DNA of 63,166 nucleotides, filler included, from Octopus bimaculoides (Eukaryota): NCBI RefSeq assembly GCF_001194135.2. It is 4 parts of 4 records of this genome, joined end to end, with 100 filler letters (N's around TTAATTAATTAA, not from the genome) between each part and the next. Parts side by side here need not be neighbours in the genome. Positions count along the whole stretch, not along the records: positions 23,909 to 45,049 come from NC_068988.1; 3 more parts are not named here. One strand, 5' to 3'. The notes beneath the pieces are model-generated. The model saw only the letters and a program-made list of their open reading frames with translations. It had not been told where the DNA came from and ran no database searches. Below, in pieces: positions 24,332-39,144 of the stretch (within the stretch, counting starts at the first letter, position 1; each line of letters starts with the position of its first letter). Made by a program: the position numbers and the translations under genes.

Positions 24332-25055
24332 TATATATATATACATATATATATATATATANNNNNNNNNNNNNNNNNNNNNNNNNNNNNNNNNNNNNNN
24401 NNNNNNNNNNNNNNNNNNNNNNNNNNNNNNNNNNNNNNNNNNNNNNNNNNNNNNNNNNNNNNNNNNNNNNNNNNNNNNNNNNNNNNNNNNNNNNNNNNNN
24501 NNNNNNNNNNNNNNNNNNNNNNNNNNNNNNNNNNNNNNNNNNNNNNNNNNNNNNNNNNNNNNNNNNNNNNNNNNNNNNNNNNNNNNNNNNNNNNNNNNNN
24601 NNNNNNNNNNNNNNNNNNNNNNNNNNNNNNNNNNNNNNNNNNNNNNNNNNNNNNNNNNNNNNNNNNNNNNNNNNNNNNNNNNNNNNNNNNNNNNNNNNNN
24701 NNNNNNNNNNNNNNNNNNNNNNNNNNNNNNNNNNNNNNNNNNNNNNNNNNNNNNNNNNNNNNNNNNNNNNNNNNNNNNNNNNNNNNNNNNNNNNNNNNNN
24801 NNNNNNNNNNNNNNNNNNNNNNNNNNNNNNNNNNNNNNNNNNNNNNNNNNNNNNNNNNNNNNNNNNNNNNNNNNNNNNNNNNNNNNNNNNNNNNNNNNNN
24901 NNNNNNNNNNNNNNNNNNNNNNNNNNNNNNNNNNNNNNNNNNNNNNNNNNNNNNNNNNNNNNNNNNNNNNNNNNNNNNNNNNNNNNNNNNNNNNNNNNNN
25001 NNNNNNNNNNNNNNNNNNNNNNNNNNNNNNNNNNNNNNNNNNNNNNNNNNNNNNN

Positions 25056-25102
<47 letters not shown>

Positions 25103-26553
25103 TCATACATATATAAATATGTTAATACACATATACTTTTATGTCACTACCAGAGATCTCACTTTATGATTAAGAGCAATCTGAGAGAGGCACTATAAAC
25201 AGCAGTGCCCTTTTACGGTTCCTTCAGTTACTATGATCAGTACAGATGTTTCTAGCGGGTGATGGCTATTGGTTGCGTCTGTCTGACTCCTATCTTATAT
25301 AAAATCATCCAACCATCCCCTAGTTTTCCGGTGATACCAAGGTCAGGCTGTTTGTGACATATATGCTCGTTATCGACTTTGCCAAATCCTCAGTAAAGTT
25401 CAGATATATTCGTATATGAAATTTTTATTTGTTGTTCAGTACCCAGTAATACGGTTGTGGCGCCGTGTAAGGTGACTCATTTCTCGACAGAAGACATACC
25501 GTGTTTTTATGAGCAAACTATTCTCTGCTAGGGACGGGATCTGCAGTTAGAGAGATATGCATGCTCACACTCACTCATACATGCATGTATAGTATAAACA
25601 CACACGCATAAACTCACACATACGTATCTACAGAGTTGGAAAGAATGTGCATGTGAGTGTGAGCGTGAAAGAGAGAGAGAGAGAGAGAGAGAATGCGAGT
25701 GTGTATATGTGTGTGTGTGTGTGTGTACAAAATGTACGAAAGTGCATTTGCTATGAAATGGTAGAAATTTGCCTCTCGGTGCATGATGTATTTATTAAGT
25801 TGAGTATCAGAAGTGTGAAAAATCAAATTTTCTAAATCAGTATTTTCATGAATTGGAAACCAGCGCCTTGAGTGAATTTCTGTAAACATATCTTTTTCCA
25901 TTTCTAGCACATCAGTTTTGTCACGTTAACGTAATAGCGTAATAGAGTGGTAATTTTCAGTTTATTACACTGTATGTAATATATCGGCATATGGAAGCTG
26001 CAATCATAAATTACATCGAAAAATATGGACGGAAAATTGCCTTCGTGTGCCTCGATGTATATGACATGCACGATTTGCCTCGGGTCACAGGCTCAGAATA
26101 AATTATCAGAAAATATACTAGAAGGAATGAATCATACTTTATGTGTAAAAACATCTTCATAATTATGGTAAAGTATATCGATCCAATGACAGCAATTTCG
26201 CTTTCTTCGAAAAGTTATCATATCTCTCAAATATTTTTTTTTTCAGTTTAGTGGATAATGGCCCCATATTAGAAAGAGATTGAAGAACTAAATATTTCGT
26301 GTATTTTGTGCCTTATGATTTCGTTTCGAGTTAAAGTATTATTATAGATTTCTTCCTTACGCATACGATCGAAGAAAACAAGTGGCTGCAACTTATTCTA
26401 TGTACGATGAACGTTCTCTTAAAAACGCTCTAAATATGTTTGGCTTTTTGAATGCGCGCAATAAAGCAAGTGGTAATTCTGAATATTGAAATATGCAGAG
26501 GCAGTTGCATGTAAAAACATAAAAACATTATCAGAGAAACTACTCCCCTGGAT

Positions 26554-26810
<257 letters not shown>

Positions 26811-26989
26811 TTCTCTTTCTCTTTCTTCTCGTTTTCTCAATCTCATTACCTAATAAATGAACAATCTGGTGTCTATTTTAATGGCTTATATAGGTATACA
26901 GTGAGTTTCTCTGTCCTAGGTGCCAGGAAGACATTCGGCAAGAAATGGAAACAAAATTCAAAAGTAATGATGATGATGATAATTTAGAA

Positions 26990-28830
26990 AAGTAAGAAAG
27001 ATTAAGAAAACATAGATTCTTACCAAGATAAGAAATGCTTTCAACAAAAGAAACACTGCGACAAAAAGTCCAAGCAAAAGCTCAGAGAATACGAAGATTT
27101 GAGAAGAGAAACAGGTTTTACAAGCAAAATAAATTAACATCCAATGCGAAAACCTTCTACAGAGAAATAGAGGAGGAGAAAGTAATCGTTGTAGACCTCC
27201 ACTCCCATGGCAAAATATCTGGAGCGATTAAAAGACAATTAAAATGCAGACTGGATTAGATGCACAGGACAATGCTACCAAAACTTACGAGAACAAGCAT
27301 GGGAAGACATCACAATAGCAGACTAAGGATGGCATTCACAAAGGCTGATCAGTAGAAATCGCGTGGTAATGATAGGGTGCCAAATTTCTGACTCCCATCG
27401 CTCCCGTGCGCGCACGAAAAGTTACACCAGCTATTCAATGAAATTATGAGAGATTATAAGAAAACACCTGATTAGTTAAGAGGAAATATTATTTATATAC
27501 TTCCAAAGAATAATGAATCCAAATTCCCCATATCTATCGACCCATAACATGTCTCTCTACCACGTATAACATTTTAACATTCATCCTCGTGGAGAAGACA
27601 TACAAATTTATGGAACAGAACGATGTTTCCCCACTGAACAGAAAGGACGCCGACGAAATTCATATTGAATGCAAATACCAGCTCTTAATCAATCGCATGA
27701 TCCTTAACAACTGTCATAACAAACGCAGAAATTTCAGTTCCGCATGAATTGATTATAAAAAGGCCTTTGACAATATACCGCATTCATGGATCTGGACATC
27801 ACTGGATATCTTCAAAATTTCTCCTGTGATTTCAAACTTCCTGTTAGTGTGGAATACGAATCTCCAATTATACCACTTTAATGGAGTACTGACCACAAAA
27901 ATGTATTAACATCAACAGCGGAATTTGCCATGGTGACTCACACACCTTTAATTTTTTGCATAGCCCTAATACCCCTTACAAGAAAACTTAGTAGTACAGA
28001 GTGTGGACATAAAATTGGCGACATTAAACTAAGCCATCTATTTTATAAGAATGACTTAAAACTCTATGGTAAAATCGAGAATGAGCTCGAAGGACTTCTA
28101 CGTACTGTGAAAGCATTCAGTGATGACATCGGAATGGAATTTGATCTTGATAAATCTGCCAAGGCCACTTTTCAGAAAGGGAAATTGAAGACCTCATATT
28201 TAGGGGTTTGGGATGTTGACAGTCAAAAAAGAAATCAAGTGGGAACAAACTTACAAATGTCTCGGAATGAATGAGGATTCTGGCATTCAGCATGCAAGCA
28301 TGAAAGAGAAGATGAAGATGGAATGTTACAGGAGAGTTCGAGCGATTGTAAAATCCGTGTTAAATGCACGTAACAAGGTGTTAACTATAAATTTGCAATT
28401 CCGGTTGTTATTTACATTTTCAATGTGTTGAATTGGAGTATGAGCAAAAGAAGGAGGATTTACAGGAGAATCCGTACGCTACTGACCTGCAATAAAGTAC
28501 ACCATCCAAAGGCAGACGCAGATCGTCTTTACCTACCCAGAGCTCAAGAAGGTTGTAGCTTGATCCGGTTTGAAATTTCTTACAAAAACACCACAGTGGT
28601 CTAACAAAATATCTTGAAACATCTAACGACTGGATGCTAAAGGTTGTTGAAAACAAGGAAAGACGTAAGAAGCTTTATTCTGTTATGAAGGAAAGGAAAA
28701 TATTTTCCAATGAGTTTATTTATAATGCTATCATTGAACAGAATGATGAAAGTGCAGCATCTGTTGTTGCAAAAAGTATGCAATCAATAGCAAAGCAAAC
28801 TGAATAGCAAGCCCCGCCCTGAGGTTGTAA
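26990..28830 (+). mobile_element. R4/Dong-clade LINE, ~1.8-kb decayed RT-containing fragment
   Basis: LRQKVQAKAQRIRRFEKR..; YRPITCLST..; IDYKKAFDNIPHSWI; GICHGDS..PLIFCIALIPL; YKNDLKLY (decayed YMDD); DDIGMEFDLDKSAK; HHPKADADRLYLPRAQ. Many stops and frameshifts. Confidence 0.9.
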
Positions 28831-29808
28831 CTGAGAGAGAAAATGTAACGATTCTTTAGGACTTTCCAGTATGTAAAGACCGGACACGAAATTGTTTTTC
28901 CTTGGCATACAGCCAATCAGTGCTCAGCTATCAAACTTGTGTCCACCTAGTCACGAAAATACAAAGTTCAGTGGAAAATGCGCGTTATAGCAAAATGTAA
29001 CTGTTCTAAACGGGTTTAATAGGGGTGAAAAATGTGAAATTTAGTGTGTAAAGTGAATGGAGAGCTGCTCACCGATTATGCCATAAGTGTTGCCAATTTG
29101 CGAAATTAACTCGAAAATGTGAATGAGTGTAGTTTTGTGCATTCTTAATTTAAAATGTTGATCAGGAAACATCGTAATCAATATGTCGTTGTATCGTATT
29201 GCGCCACTTTGGGTACATGGTTACATGCAGGATCACTAATCTCAGAAACAAGTAAAAGAATAAAAGAATATACATATATATATACACACACACATACACT
29301 CCCACATACACACACAGATATTGTGTGTACGTTTACTCACGTACACCCTATCATTGTACATGATGTTTGCGGTTTTTATCAAATTTACTAGGAATCAGAT
29401 GCTCTCTTTCTATTGGATGAGTGAATGTATGTAGCATTCAACATGTATGTGTATTTGTAAAGTTACTCTTTAATGCTGAATCATTAACAGCACGACTGCA
29501 CTGGTTCTTGACAAAAAAATAAATAAAACACAATTTGAAATTCCGAAAATGTTACCAGATTAAAATACATGTAACACCTTCAGGTTTAATATTTCAAATC
29601 GTTTCTTTCTATCGTTGTTTCGTGTATCCTTCTATATACCTTTGATTTGTTCTTGTTTAAAGTATTATAAACCACGCTGTCTTAATAGAGTTTATATAAT
29701 TAACAACATATCACAACTTTAATTTAACTGATAAAAAATCTCAGCTGTTTTTACTGAGTATAATTTAGTAAACTGTATGCTATTGATAAAATTAATTCTG
29801 ATCCTCAG

Positions 29809-29953
29809 GGCGTTTCAATTTGCAATGACAACTAAATCTGCAACTTATCTTAATTTCATAAATATTACGTGTGTGCCATTCTGTTTCAACGTCATTAATA
29901 TAAATTCTTGCTGGTATTATATAACCCGCTATAGATTTCGTGGAATATTTAAA
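29809..29953 (+). CDS. Candidate exon of the putative receptor gene (extracellular region)
   Basis: CCTCAG|...AAA|GTAACG, phase 2 to 0, open frame (R)AFQFAMTTKSATYLNFINITCVPFCFNVININSCWYYITRYRFRGIFK. AFxFA resembles the start of LIVBP-type domains (inference). Confidence 0.3.
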
Positions 29954-30812
29954 GTAACGGTTTCTATCTCATGACAATATCGAACAAAACAGTACGGTTA
30001 TATTTTAAAATTTGCAATGTCGTTAATATCGATAGTGACTTTTATGCTGTAAATATCTAACTTACAACTGTGAACAAAATAGATATGCATTTGTCAACAA
30101 TATGCTAATAAAAATACTACCATCATCAAAAACACCATCAACACAACCACCACCACTACCACCACAACGACAACCACCGCCGCCACTACCATCACTAATG
30201 CCAACAAAATCAGCAATAATAACTAATTGGTTTAATCCATACTACAAGTCCTTAGTGAACGTATCTGAGATACATATTTGTGAAGCCCTTTGCAAAACTA
30301 TGTATTCTTCCTAGCTTTGCTTACATATTCTTGTGTTATTCAAGATGTTGGCGGTTAATAGGCCTATATTTTTCAGCATGAACATGTATGTATGTACACA
30401 GATGTTCGTATACATGTTTATACATTAATAAGCAGCAATAATATATAAATGCTATACACAGAGATATTGACACGATGAACTACATAATGTGATAATGTTA
30501 TTGGTTGTATTGAATATACATCTATAGATACGTTTATAAGCTCTGTCACATAAAAGCTTCAATGCGTTAAAAAAGAAAGTCGTTGAAGATGAATGCAGAA
30601 GCTATAAAACCAAATTTAATTAAAACCCTGCGTAACTCAGACATACACACATATACAGAGAGACTTGTATATGAACATGCAAATAAATTCATACATAATT
30701 TTACATGTAGTATATATACTAAGACAAATGTACGCATGTATGTATGTGTATATATGCATGTATGTATATATGTATATTTACACACACACACACACACATA
30801 TATATATATGAG

Positions 30813-30887
<75 letters not shown>

Positions 30888-30903
30888 CTGATAGACAGAT
30901 ATT

Positions 30904-31116
30904 TTTTTCTACTCTAGTCACAAGGCCCTAAATTTTTGGGGAGTGGGCTAGTCGATTGGATCGACTCCAGTAAACAACATGTACTTAATTTATCGACCCC
31001 GAAAGAATGAAAGGCAAAGTCGGCCTCGGTGGAATTTGAACTCAAAACATAAAGACAGGCGAAATGCCGTTAAGCATTTCGTCGGCATGCCCATGTTTCT
31101 GCCGGCTCACCGCCTT
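30904..31116 (-). mobile_element. SINE family E with 16-bp TSD
   Basis: TSD CTGATAGACAGATATT at 30888-30903 and 31117-31132. Minus-strand head AAGGCGGTGAGCCGGCAGAA..GAGTTCAAATTCC. Confidence 0.9.
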
Positions 31117-32325
31117 CTGATAGACAGATATTATTAAACAGATACGAGTGTGAATAAAAGGATGTATTAAAAAAATATGAAGACGTAGATAGATGTCAAA
31201 CAGAGAGACAGAAAGGCAGATGGATGATTTGATAAGAAACAAAATGACAGTAATATAGATAGAAAAATGTGCATAAAAATGGTTATGTAGGCAGACAGCA
31301 ATGAAACGTTAGCAAGACAAGCAGTGGAATGATTTGATAAATAGGCTGATATAGTAATCAATTCATGGGCATCTAGAATGACAGGTAGATAATAAATTGA
31401 TCGACCAATGAACAAGATGATAGATAGAAATGCGGTTATCTCTATTGCATCCAAAGGAAATGTAAAATAGCGTATTCCAAACACTTACAAGCATTCCTTA
31501 GACAGGCGAATCGTTAACTTGTGTTTGTATTTTCTACGAAGGTTTGTAACATAATTAGTCTGGAAATGAGAAAGGGAGCCAGTACCAAGTAGCAGTATAG
31601 GTTACATGGTTAAAATCCAATTGCGTCCTGAAGATTTTGCAAAATAGAGAATATTGTGTTGCATTTATGCAGAGTTAGGTAAGGGAATAAACACATCTGC
31701 AGAAATAATGGAAATAATGTCTACGGTAGATTTTCCAACGTTTTTGTTTGCTTAACTACAAAACGCCACATATCATCGATGACATTAGAATCACATATGT
31801 ATCATTAGTTGTTTGACTGAAGTTCTTCTTAGGAACATTAAAATTAGACGAAATCTGATTATTTTATTTTCACGTATTGCCTAAGTAGTGTATACATATA
31901 TGACATTCAAATAGGTATTTATTTGTGAGATTATGAACATAAGGATTATGAACGAAACCCTGCGGATAAAATTATCTAGAATAGATTCCACAAGAAACAC
32001 CGTTTATAATTATAATCCAAAATAAATACTTAGAATATCAAGAGAAGCTGAAGTTGGCGGTATAGATATGTATCAGATTGATGGCAAAAATACCGTCACC
32101 AGAACAGCGATGTTTTCACACTAAATAGTTTCTACTTAACTGCCAACTTAAGTAGATTTAATCATATACTATATAGAAATGCGTTTTTCTACTGTAAGCA
32201 TCAATGACATTATAATATAAACATAGATGATGCTCTATAAGTAGCAAATAATTAATTCTTCCGTTAATACTGAATCCACACACATACACACACGCACATA
32301 CACATTTGACGTATATGCGTATGCT

Positions 32326-32365
<40 letters not shown>

Positions 32366-34316
32366 TATATATATATATGGGTTTATGGATGCGGATAAAT
32401 ATGTGTAAGTGTATATATAAATGTATGTGTTCTTGTCTGTATGTATATACGCACATATATAGCATAGATAGCTCAAAAGAACAACGACTACAAGTCAGTG
32501 AAATACATTGAAACAATGACGCACAAAGCGATGAAGAATAATGTACAAGATACGCTTTGCTAAGCACTGAAAATATTTTTGTTTTTTAAGAGGGCACACA
32601 AACGCCTAGTGGCAATTTCTTCTGGATCTGAATGAGGAGGGGAGTTAATTTCAAGAATCGAGTATTCTTCGAAACTGAAGTGACATTATGAGCGATGATT
32701 TTTGTTTTGTGTTCAAGGTGTCATGTGTTTGTTACTGCCATATTCACAAGCACTACCAGGACAGTAATTGTTTTACATTCACAAAGTGTTGAGAATATTT
32801 GTTACCTACAGTAATTTGCAAGATTATAATGAACATGAGACTGCGAGAGTAAAAACACAGTATGGCTAATTTTATGAAAATGGAGGTAGGGAAGGTGTTG
32901 TAATTTTTTATTTTTTTTGTCAGACATACTGACTGTGCATTTACAATTGCATTTCAGATGAAAGCAGTGATGTTATCGTGTTTTATTCAGTATTATTGAT
33001 ATTTGTTTAAGACACAAAAATTGTAATCGATTAGCATATTACAGATGGCACGATTTAGAAATCTCTAGATTGAAAATTGTCAGCGATTCATTTCACCTGC
33101 ACTCTTTCTCATGATGACACACTATTTAAAGAAATATAAATCACTGAGATTACCTCAATCGAGAGTATTTAATCTGCTTTTATGTAATTTAAAACTGATT
33201 TTTTTTCAAAATCATCTTTTGGTAAAATGGAAGTCATTTGTAATATTATTGTTTTACTGCAACATCTTTAGTGTCCCATATGACGAGATTTGTGAAGGAA
33301 AGAAGATTATATTAATCAATCTGAGAATCTCGCTTGGGTTTCAAAATTGCGTATTAGGAAAAATATGGAAAGCTATTTTCATAGTAAAATTTACATTTTT
33401 CACATAGCAGAACAAAGTAAAGTGTAACAGTTTATCTAGTTTATAATGTGTTAGGTACCACTAATTCTATCAGAAACCGTGCAATCTCCTTATAGCATGT
33501 GTAACATGTTCACTTGTTTCAAATAGGTTTTTGCAAAATTACAAACATACATGATATTTGTTATAAAAAATTAATATGTTCTATAATTTATAGGTTTTTC
33601 TTCATACTTAAAACAGCCTTATTCACAACATTTCCATCCATATAGCCTGCTTTGTTTGTGTATTATATCTATAACATAAACTAATCTATAGCAACACGTA
33701 CATGTGGTAAATTTCAATATCTTCCTTTACGATCAGCTTAACATTGTTACTCTGCTATATCACATTTTAAAAACTTGCTCTAGTCCCATATGTCATATAC
33801 AAACGTGTTGAGCAATATATAATTTGGATATGCTCACCAATGTAATAGCATATTGAAGACAAACTTAATTGTTTCCATTATGCTGTTTCGATGAGTAGTA
33901 CACACATAATACCTGAGATTTTCTCTTTCGTATTTTATATATACATTAGTTATCAGGTCTCTAGTGAGGTGTAAAGCAGTTTGTATCTCCGTGAGATAGA
34001 ACGAGAAAATTATTTCCATATATTACAGGAAAAGGAAATATTTTAGACGAAATTCTACATTGAAAGCCATCACATTAGCAACCATTTTTTCCAAAAGTTA
34101 AACTGGTACAAATTTCACCTGAGCAAATAGATTCGTATATTTTCTATAAAACAATTGTTAAACTTTGACTCAAGAAAAATAGATTTTTCAGGATAACTAT
34201 ACTTAGTATAAAAGACTTGTCTGAGCGTTTTGGTTGTGCATCCCTTGATACAATCAGTAACTCACTCGAAACTACTGTAATGATTTAAAACAATTTTACG
34301 TATTGACAGATTGAGA

Positions 34317-34416
34317 AATATTAATACGAAATCTATCATCGAATACGAAATTTTAATATTAATACGAAATCTATCATCGAATACGAAATTTTAATATTAA
34401 TACGAAATCTATCATC
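34317..34416. repeat. Perfect 38-bp tandem repeat, 2.6 copies
   Basis: Unit AATATTAATACGAAATCTATCATCGAATACGAAATTTT. Confidence 0.95.
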
Positions 34417-34598
34417 TAATTCGGCCAAAGAACACTTTTTCCCTATAACAGCAATCTCACAGAGAGTTTCTTTATATTTTCATTATATTTCAGCTACAAT
34501 GAGTTTTGGAATGTGTATGCGTTCAGTAATATATTAGGGAATATTTATGTATAAAATCTATGTTGATGAACGCATGTATTATAGTATACATACATATA

Positions 34599-35850
34599 CA
34601 GGGTGCAATGGGTAAATTGTCGCCATTTAATACTTTAAATTTCACGCATGCTCATTATTTGTTTTTATTTTGTCGACTACAGAGAACAGCAGGATAAGTT
34701 GGGCACCGTCTGTGAGAAAAACAGCACCATGACAGAATTCACTCCACCCGGAAATTCGGAACGACATGCTGTATTGCTTGGCACTCGCGTTAGAAGCTCT
34801 AATACAAACATTTCAGAGTGTTTGAGTGTCAATCGCAGGAGAATGCAAAGGATTCGGAAAACGTTGGATGAGCCTAATGGTAATTACGAAGGCATAGCAG
34901 CTCAGGAAACTCATTCTGATCGTTTTGATAAGAAAAGAACTCCTTAATTTTTTGTTGAGAACCAGACCATGATTGACAACGGTCCTTCCAAGCCAATTAA
35001 GTCTATTGCCAGGGACATGGGAGTGCCTGAGTTTATTATTAGGCAGGTATGCATGAAGACATTCAGTATCCCTCAAACAAGATGAGAAAGGGTCGATGTT
35101 TACACGAAGCTATCAAGGACAAGAGGAAAACATTGCTACGAAGCTTTTTAACAAACTCAAGCATCCCCTCCAACCGAACATTCTTTGGTTTTACTCAGAC
35201 GAGAAAAGTTTGTGCCAGGATCAGATAATGAACATACAGAAGTATAGTTGGATTGCCGTGTCGCCAAAACATATGCCGAGAGCGAAAAAAATCAAACGTC
35301 CAGCAAACATCATGTTCTTTGGAGAGTGATTATTAGTCATGGTGATGTTATGCATCCATCATTCATCTTCCCAAACGGCATCAGACTCAACACAGAGGCC
35401 AACAGCAAGTTCCTGGAGGAAGTAGTGCTTCCATGACTCAAGAGGGTGGCTGCTCAAAGAGCCTATATCTGGTGACATGACTCTGCACCGTGCCACACAA
35501 GCAGGAGAACATAGTTGTGGATGTAAGACAGGTTCTGTGACCACAATCTGACTACCTAACTCCCCAGAGTGCAAATTCCTTGAATATTATGTAGGATTGG
35601 GACCAGAGCGAGAGACCGACAAAACTCCTTGTAAAACCAAGGATGAACTGAAGGGAAGGATTATGGCAGCATTCACCAACTTAAACAAGGAGACTGCTCA
35701 GAAGATTTCCAAACGATTCTGAAATCATCTCAAAGCCGTGGTTGAAGCCAATGGCGATTTAAATGAATACATTTACTCTTTAGTATTTCAAGATATCTTT
35801 ATGCAATTTTGGTAAATATATTTGTTAAGATGAAATGTCACTGTTATTTT
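34599..35850 (+). mobile_element. maT/DD37D-like transposon, near full length and decayed; 3' end in a gap
   Basis: TA|CAGGGTGCAATGGG left end. MTEFTPPGNSERHAVLL..; FYSDEK; FPNGIRLN..LEEVVLP; HDSAPCH; DELKGRIMAAF..AVVEANG. Several stops and frameshifts. Confidence 0.85.
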
Positions 35851-36417
35851 NNNNNNNNNNNNNNNNNNNNNNNNNNNNNNNNNNNNNNNNNNNNNNNNNN
35901 NNNNNNNNNNNNNNNNNNNNNNNNNNNNNNNNNNNNNNNNNNNNNNNNNNNNNNNNNNNNNNNNNNNNNNNNNNNNNNNNNNNNNNNNNNNNNNNNNNNN
36001 NNNNNNNNNNNNNNNNNNNNNNNNNNNNNNNNNNNNNNNNNNNNNNNNNNNNNNNNNNNNNNNNNNNNNNNNNNNNNNNNNNNNNNNNNNNNNNNNNNNN
36101 NNNNNNNNNNNNNNNNNNNNNNNNNNNNNNNNNNNNNNNNNNNNNNNNNNNNNNNNNNNNNNNNNNNNNNNNNNNNNNNNNNNNNNNNNNNNNNNNNNNN
36201 NNNNNNNNNNNNNNNNNNNNNNNNNNNNNNNNNNNNNNNNNNNNNNNNNNNNNNNNNNNNNNNNNNNNNNNNNNNNNNNNNNNNNNNNNNNNNNNNNNNN
36301 NNNNNNNNNNNNNNNNNNNNNNNNNNNNNNNNNNNNNNNNNNNNNNNNNNNNNNNNNNNNNNNNNNNNNNNNNNNNNNNNNNNNNNNNNNNNNNNNNNNN
36401 NNNNNNNNNNNNNNNNN

Positions 36418-36474
<57 letters not shown>

Positions 36475-36475
36475 T

Positions 36476-36518
<43 letters not shown>

Positions 36519-36983
36519 GTGTATGTATACGGATAGATATAAACACATATGTATCATTGTGTGTATATATGTGTGTGCGCGCGTGTGTTTGTGTGTGCAT
36601 ATCACTATATAGATAGATACAATCTTATAGGTACACACAATAAAAAGAAACATCCAATCACATGAATATACCTCATACACCAACACTAAAGATAAACACA
36701 CGAGGAATAACTATCAAATACATTGGACAATAACTTTCTTTGTAATACAAGAAAGAATTAGTCTATGAAGCTGTAATATCTCAATGACACCGTAAGGTAT
36801 AAAGTCGGAGTAGCTCATGACATATCAAAAATCTTGGAAGCATTCAAATTAGAAAAATTCATTGATGGAAAATACAAAAGAATATATGTTCAAATTTCAA
36901 GAAAAATGTTATGAATAAAATAACGAACAAGTGTCAACGGTGTCATGTTGAACAAAGTTTTATACGTACATTTAGATGTATGG

Positions 36984-37135
<152 letters not shown>

Positions 37136-37168
37136 CTCTCTCGATGTATGCATCCATGTCTTTTTTCA

Positions 37169-37395
37169 TTGTTTGTCCGGAACGTTCGTGCCGATTTTTA
37201 AGGGAAAGAAAAAGGTCAATAAATACTTGCCATTACATTTTTAATCAACCAAATATGAACCATTTTGTTACACAATGCGTCTCCATCTTTCCTTTCACTT
37301 GAAAATACCATCTTCCTAGAATTGAGGTGGTTTCATGGCAAATAAGTCGAAAGGTAAGCTACTATAAATCAGCATGAACTTTCCGGACAACCCAA
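37169..37395 (-). mobile_element. Internally deleted mariner (MITE, 227 bp)
   Basis: ~33-bp TIRs TTG(G/T)(G/T)TTGTCCGGAA(A/C)GTTC(A/G)TGC(T/C)GATTT. Interior retains the mariner C-terminus F*EDGIFK*KERWRRIV*QNGSYLVD*. TA at 37396-37397. Confidence 0.8.
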
Positions 37396-37432
37396 TATAT
37401 ATGTATGTGTGTATATATATATATGTATGTGT

Positions 37433-37498
<66 letters not shown>

Positions 37499-37854
37499 GC
37501 ACACAAACGTATATGTATGTAAATATGTAGAGAACTATGAGTGTATAATGTAGCCATACATGTTGAAGATAAGCATTTTCTACTCTTGGGTCAAGAGGAG
37601 TGTTGCGCGTCAATTTGGCCCTCGAAACACTTAGGCAGAAACTCGAGTCGGAAGCGACGACGCAAAACAAATTAGCATGATTCACTCAGACATATGCACG
37701 TACGTACATATACGCACACATTCACTTTCAGATGCATGCGCAGTCATGCAAACATGCAGACAGACACAGGCACAGACAAAGGCACAGGTACCATGTAGAA
37801 GGGTAGCCAGTTAGAAAGATATTTACGGCTATCTAGTTAGATATGCATGTTCAT

Positions 37855-37892
<38 letters not shown>

Positions 37893-37898
<6 letters not shown>

Positions 37899-38060
37899 AA
37901 TAATAAATGAGTATATACATATATACGTACAGGTATGTGCATACCTACGTCTACCTGTATATATAGGTGCATATCTGGGTACAGGACATTGCAAACAAAA
38001 CGTAGACAAGAAAATAATAATAACCAGAGTACAGAAAATACACAAGGCACGTAGAGAACG
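37893..38060 (+). mobile_element. ~170-bp (TA)n-anchored interspersed repeat, copy 1 (strand arbitrary)
   Basis: Reverse complement of 47312-47470. Both copies abut (TA)n at the same end. Confidence 0.75.
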
Positions 38061-39097
38061 TTTTCCTGCGTTTGTTTATAGGTATAGACGTGTACACATA
38101 TATTTGTGTATACGTCTGGGATAACACCAATAATACGTACACAAGCACCCACGCGCACGTAGACACACATACGAAAGAATACATGACTGTTGCAGAGAGT
38201 TACATTGTGGATTTATGCAAATGAGTATAGAATTTTAATGGTATTTAGAGAAAGTTTTTCACATAAAATTTATACCTTGTCTTTGATAACAACAATAGCT
38301 ATTTAGAAAAAGTAAAAAGGTATCTTGTGTTGAGAGCCACCTACATAATGTGACATATGTTGACAAGGCCACTAAAAGGCATTGAATATTTTAACCGTCT
38401 ATTTGAAAGACTATTTTGGTATGGATTGTTCGGCGACATTATCAATTAGTAGTTGATAGCATTGTATATTCACGTAATGAATTACTATACAAAGTGAATA
38501 TTGCAGTCATTTAATATTTATTAAACTCTTCAACCAAACACGTTGGCAGACATATAATTATGTTCTCAATATTATGTGTGTGAGCGTATGTGTGTGAGCG
38601 TATGTGTGTGAGCGTGTGTGTGTGTATTTGAATGTGTGTACAATCAGATTCACATACTCTTACGCAGGTGTGTATGTGTTTTGTGTTTACGTATGAATTC
38701 ATCTGTGTGTGCATGTATTGATGTAAATACACCTGTGTGTGAGAGTGTGTGTATTTATAATTGTACAGGAATGATACCGATGTATATCTTTGTATATAGC
38801 CGTCTAACAATCCATAAGTCAGAAAAACTATGCACTCGCACTTATATCTTTTGAGTGGCCAGATTTTCTGCCGTAACTGCCATACCTGATGAGCCCAGGG
38901 TTTTACAATCGGGCTATCAGCTAACAATAACCTGAACCCCCAGTGCAAAACCGATTGGTAAAATCGGTTGTAATCGATATATAGTACGGAACACTTCGAT
39001 TAATATCTTTATATTAATATATACTGATATGTATTTAGAAGTATGTATAAATAAGTGTGTGTGTATATAAAGACACACTCACATGCACATATAAATG

Positions 39098-39144
<47 letters not shown>

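Noticed and set aside
38884-38920. CTGATGA followed by a GCCC/GGGC stem
   Set aside because: No GAAA follows stem II; the segment forms a simple hairpin, not a hammerhead.
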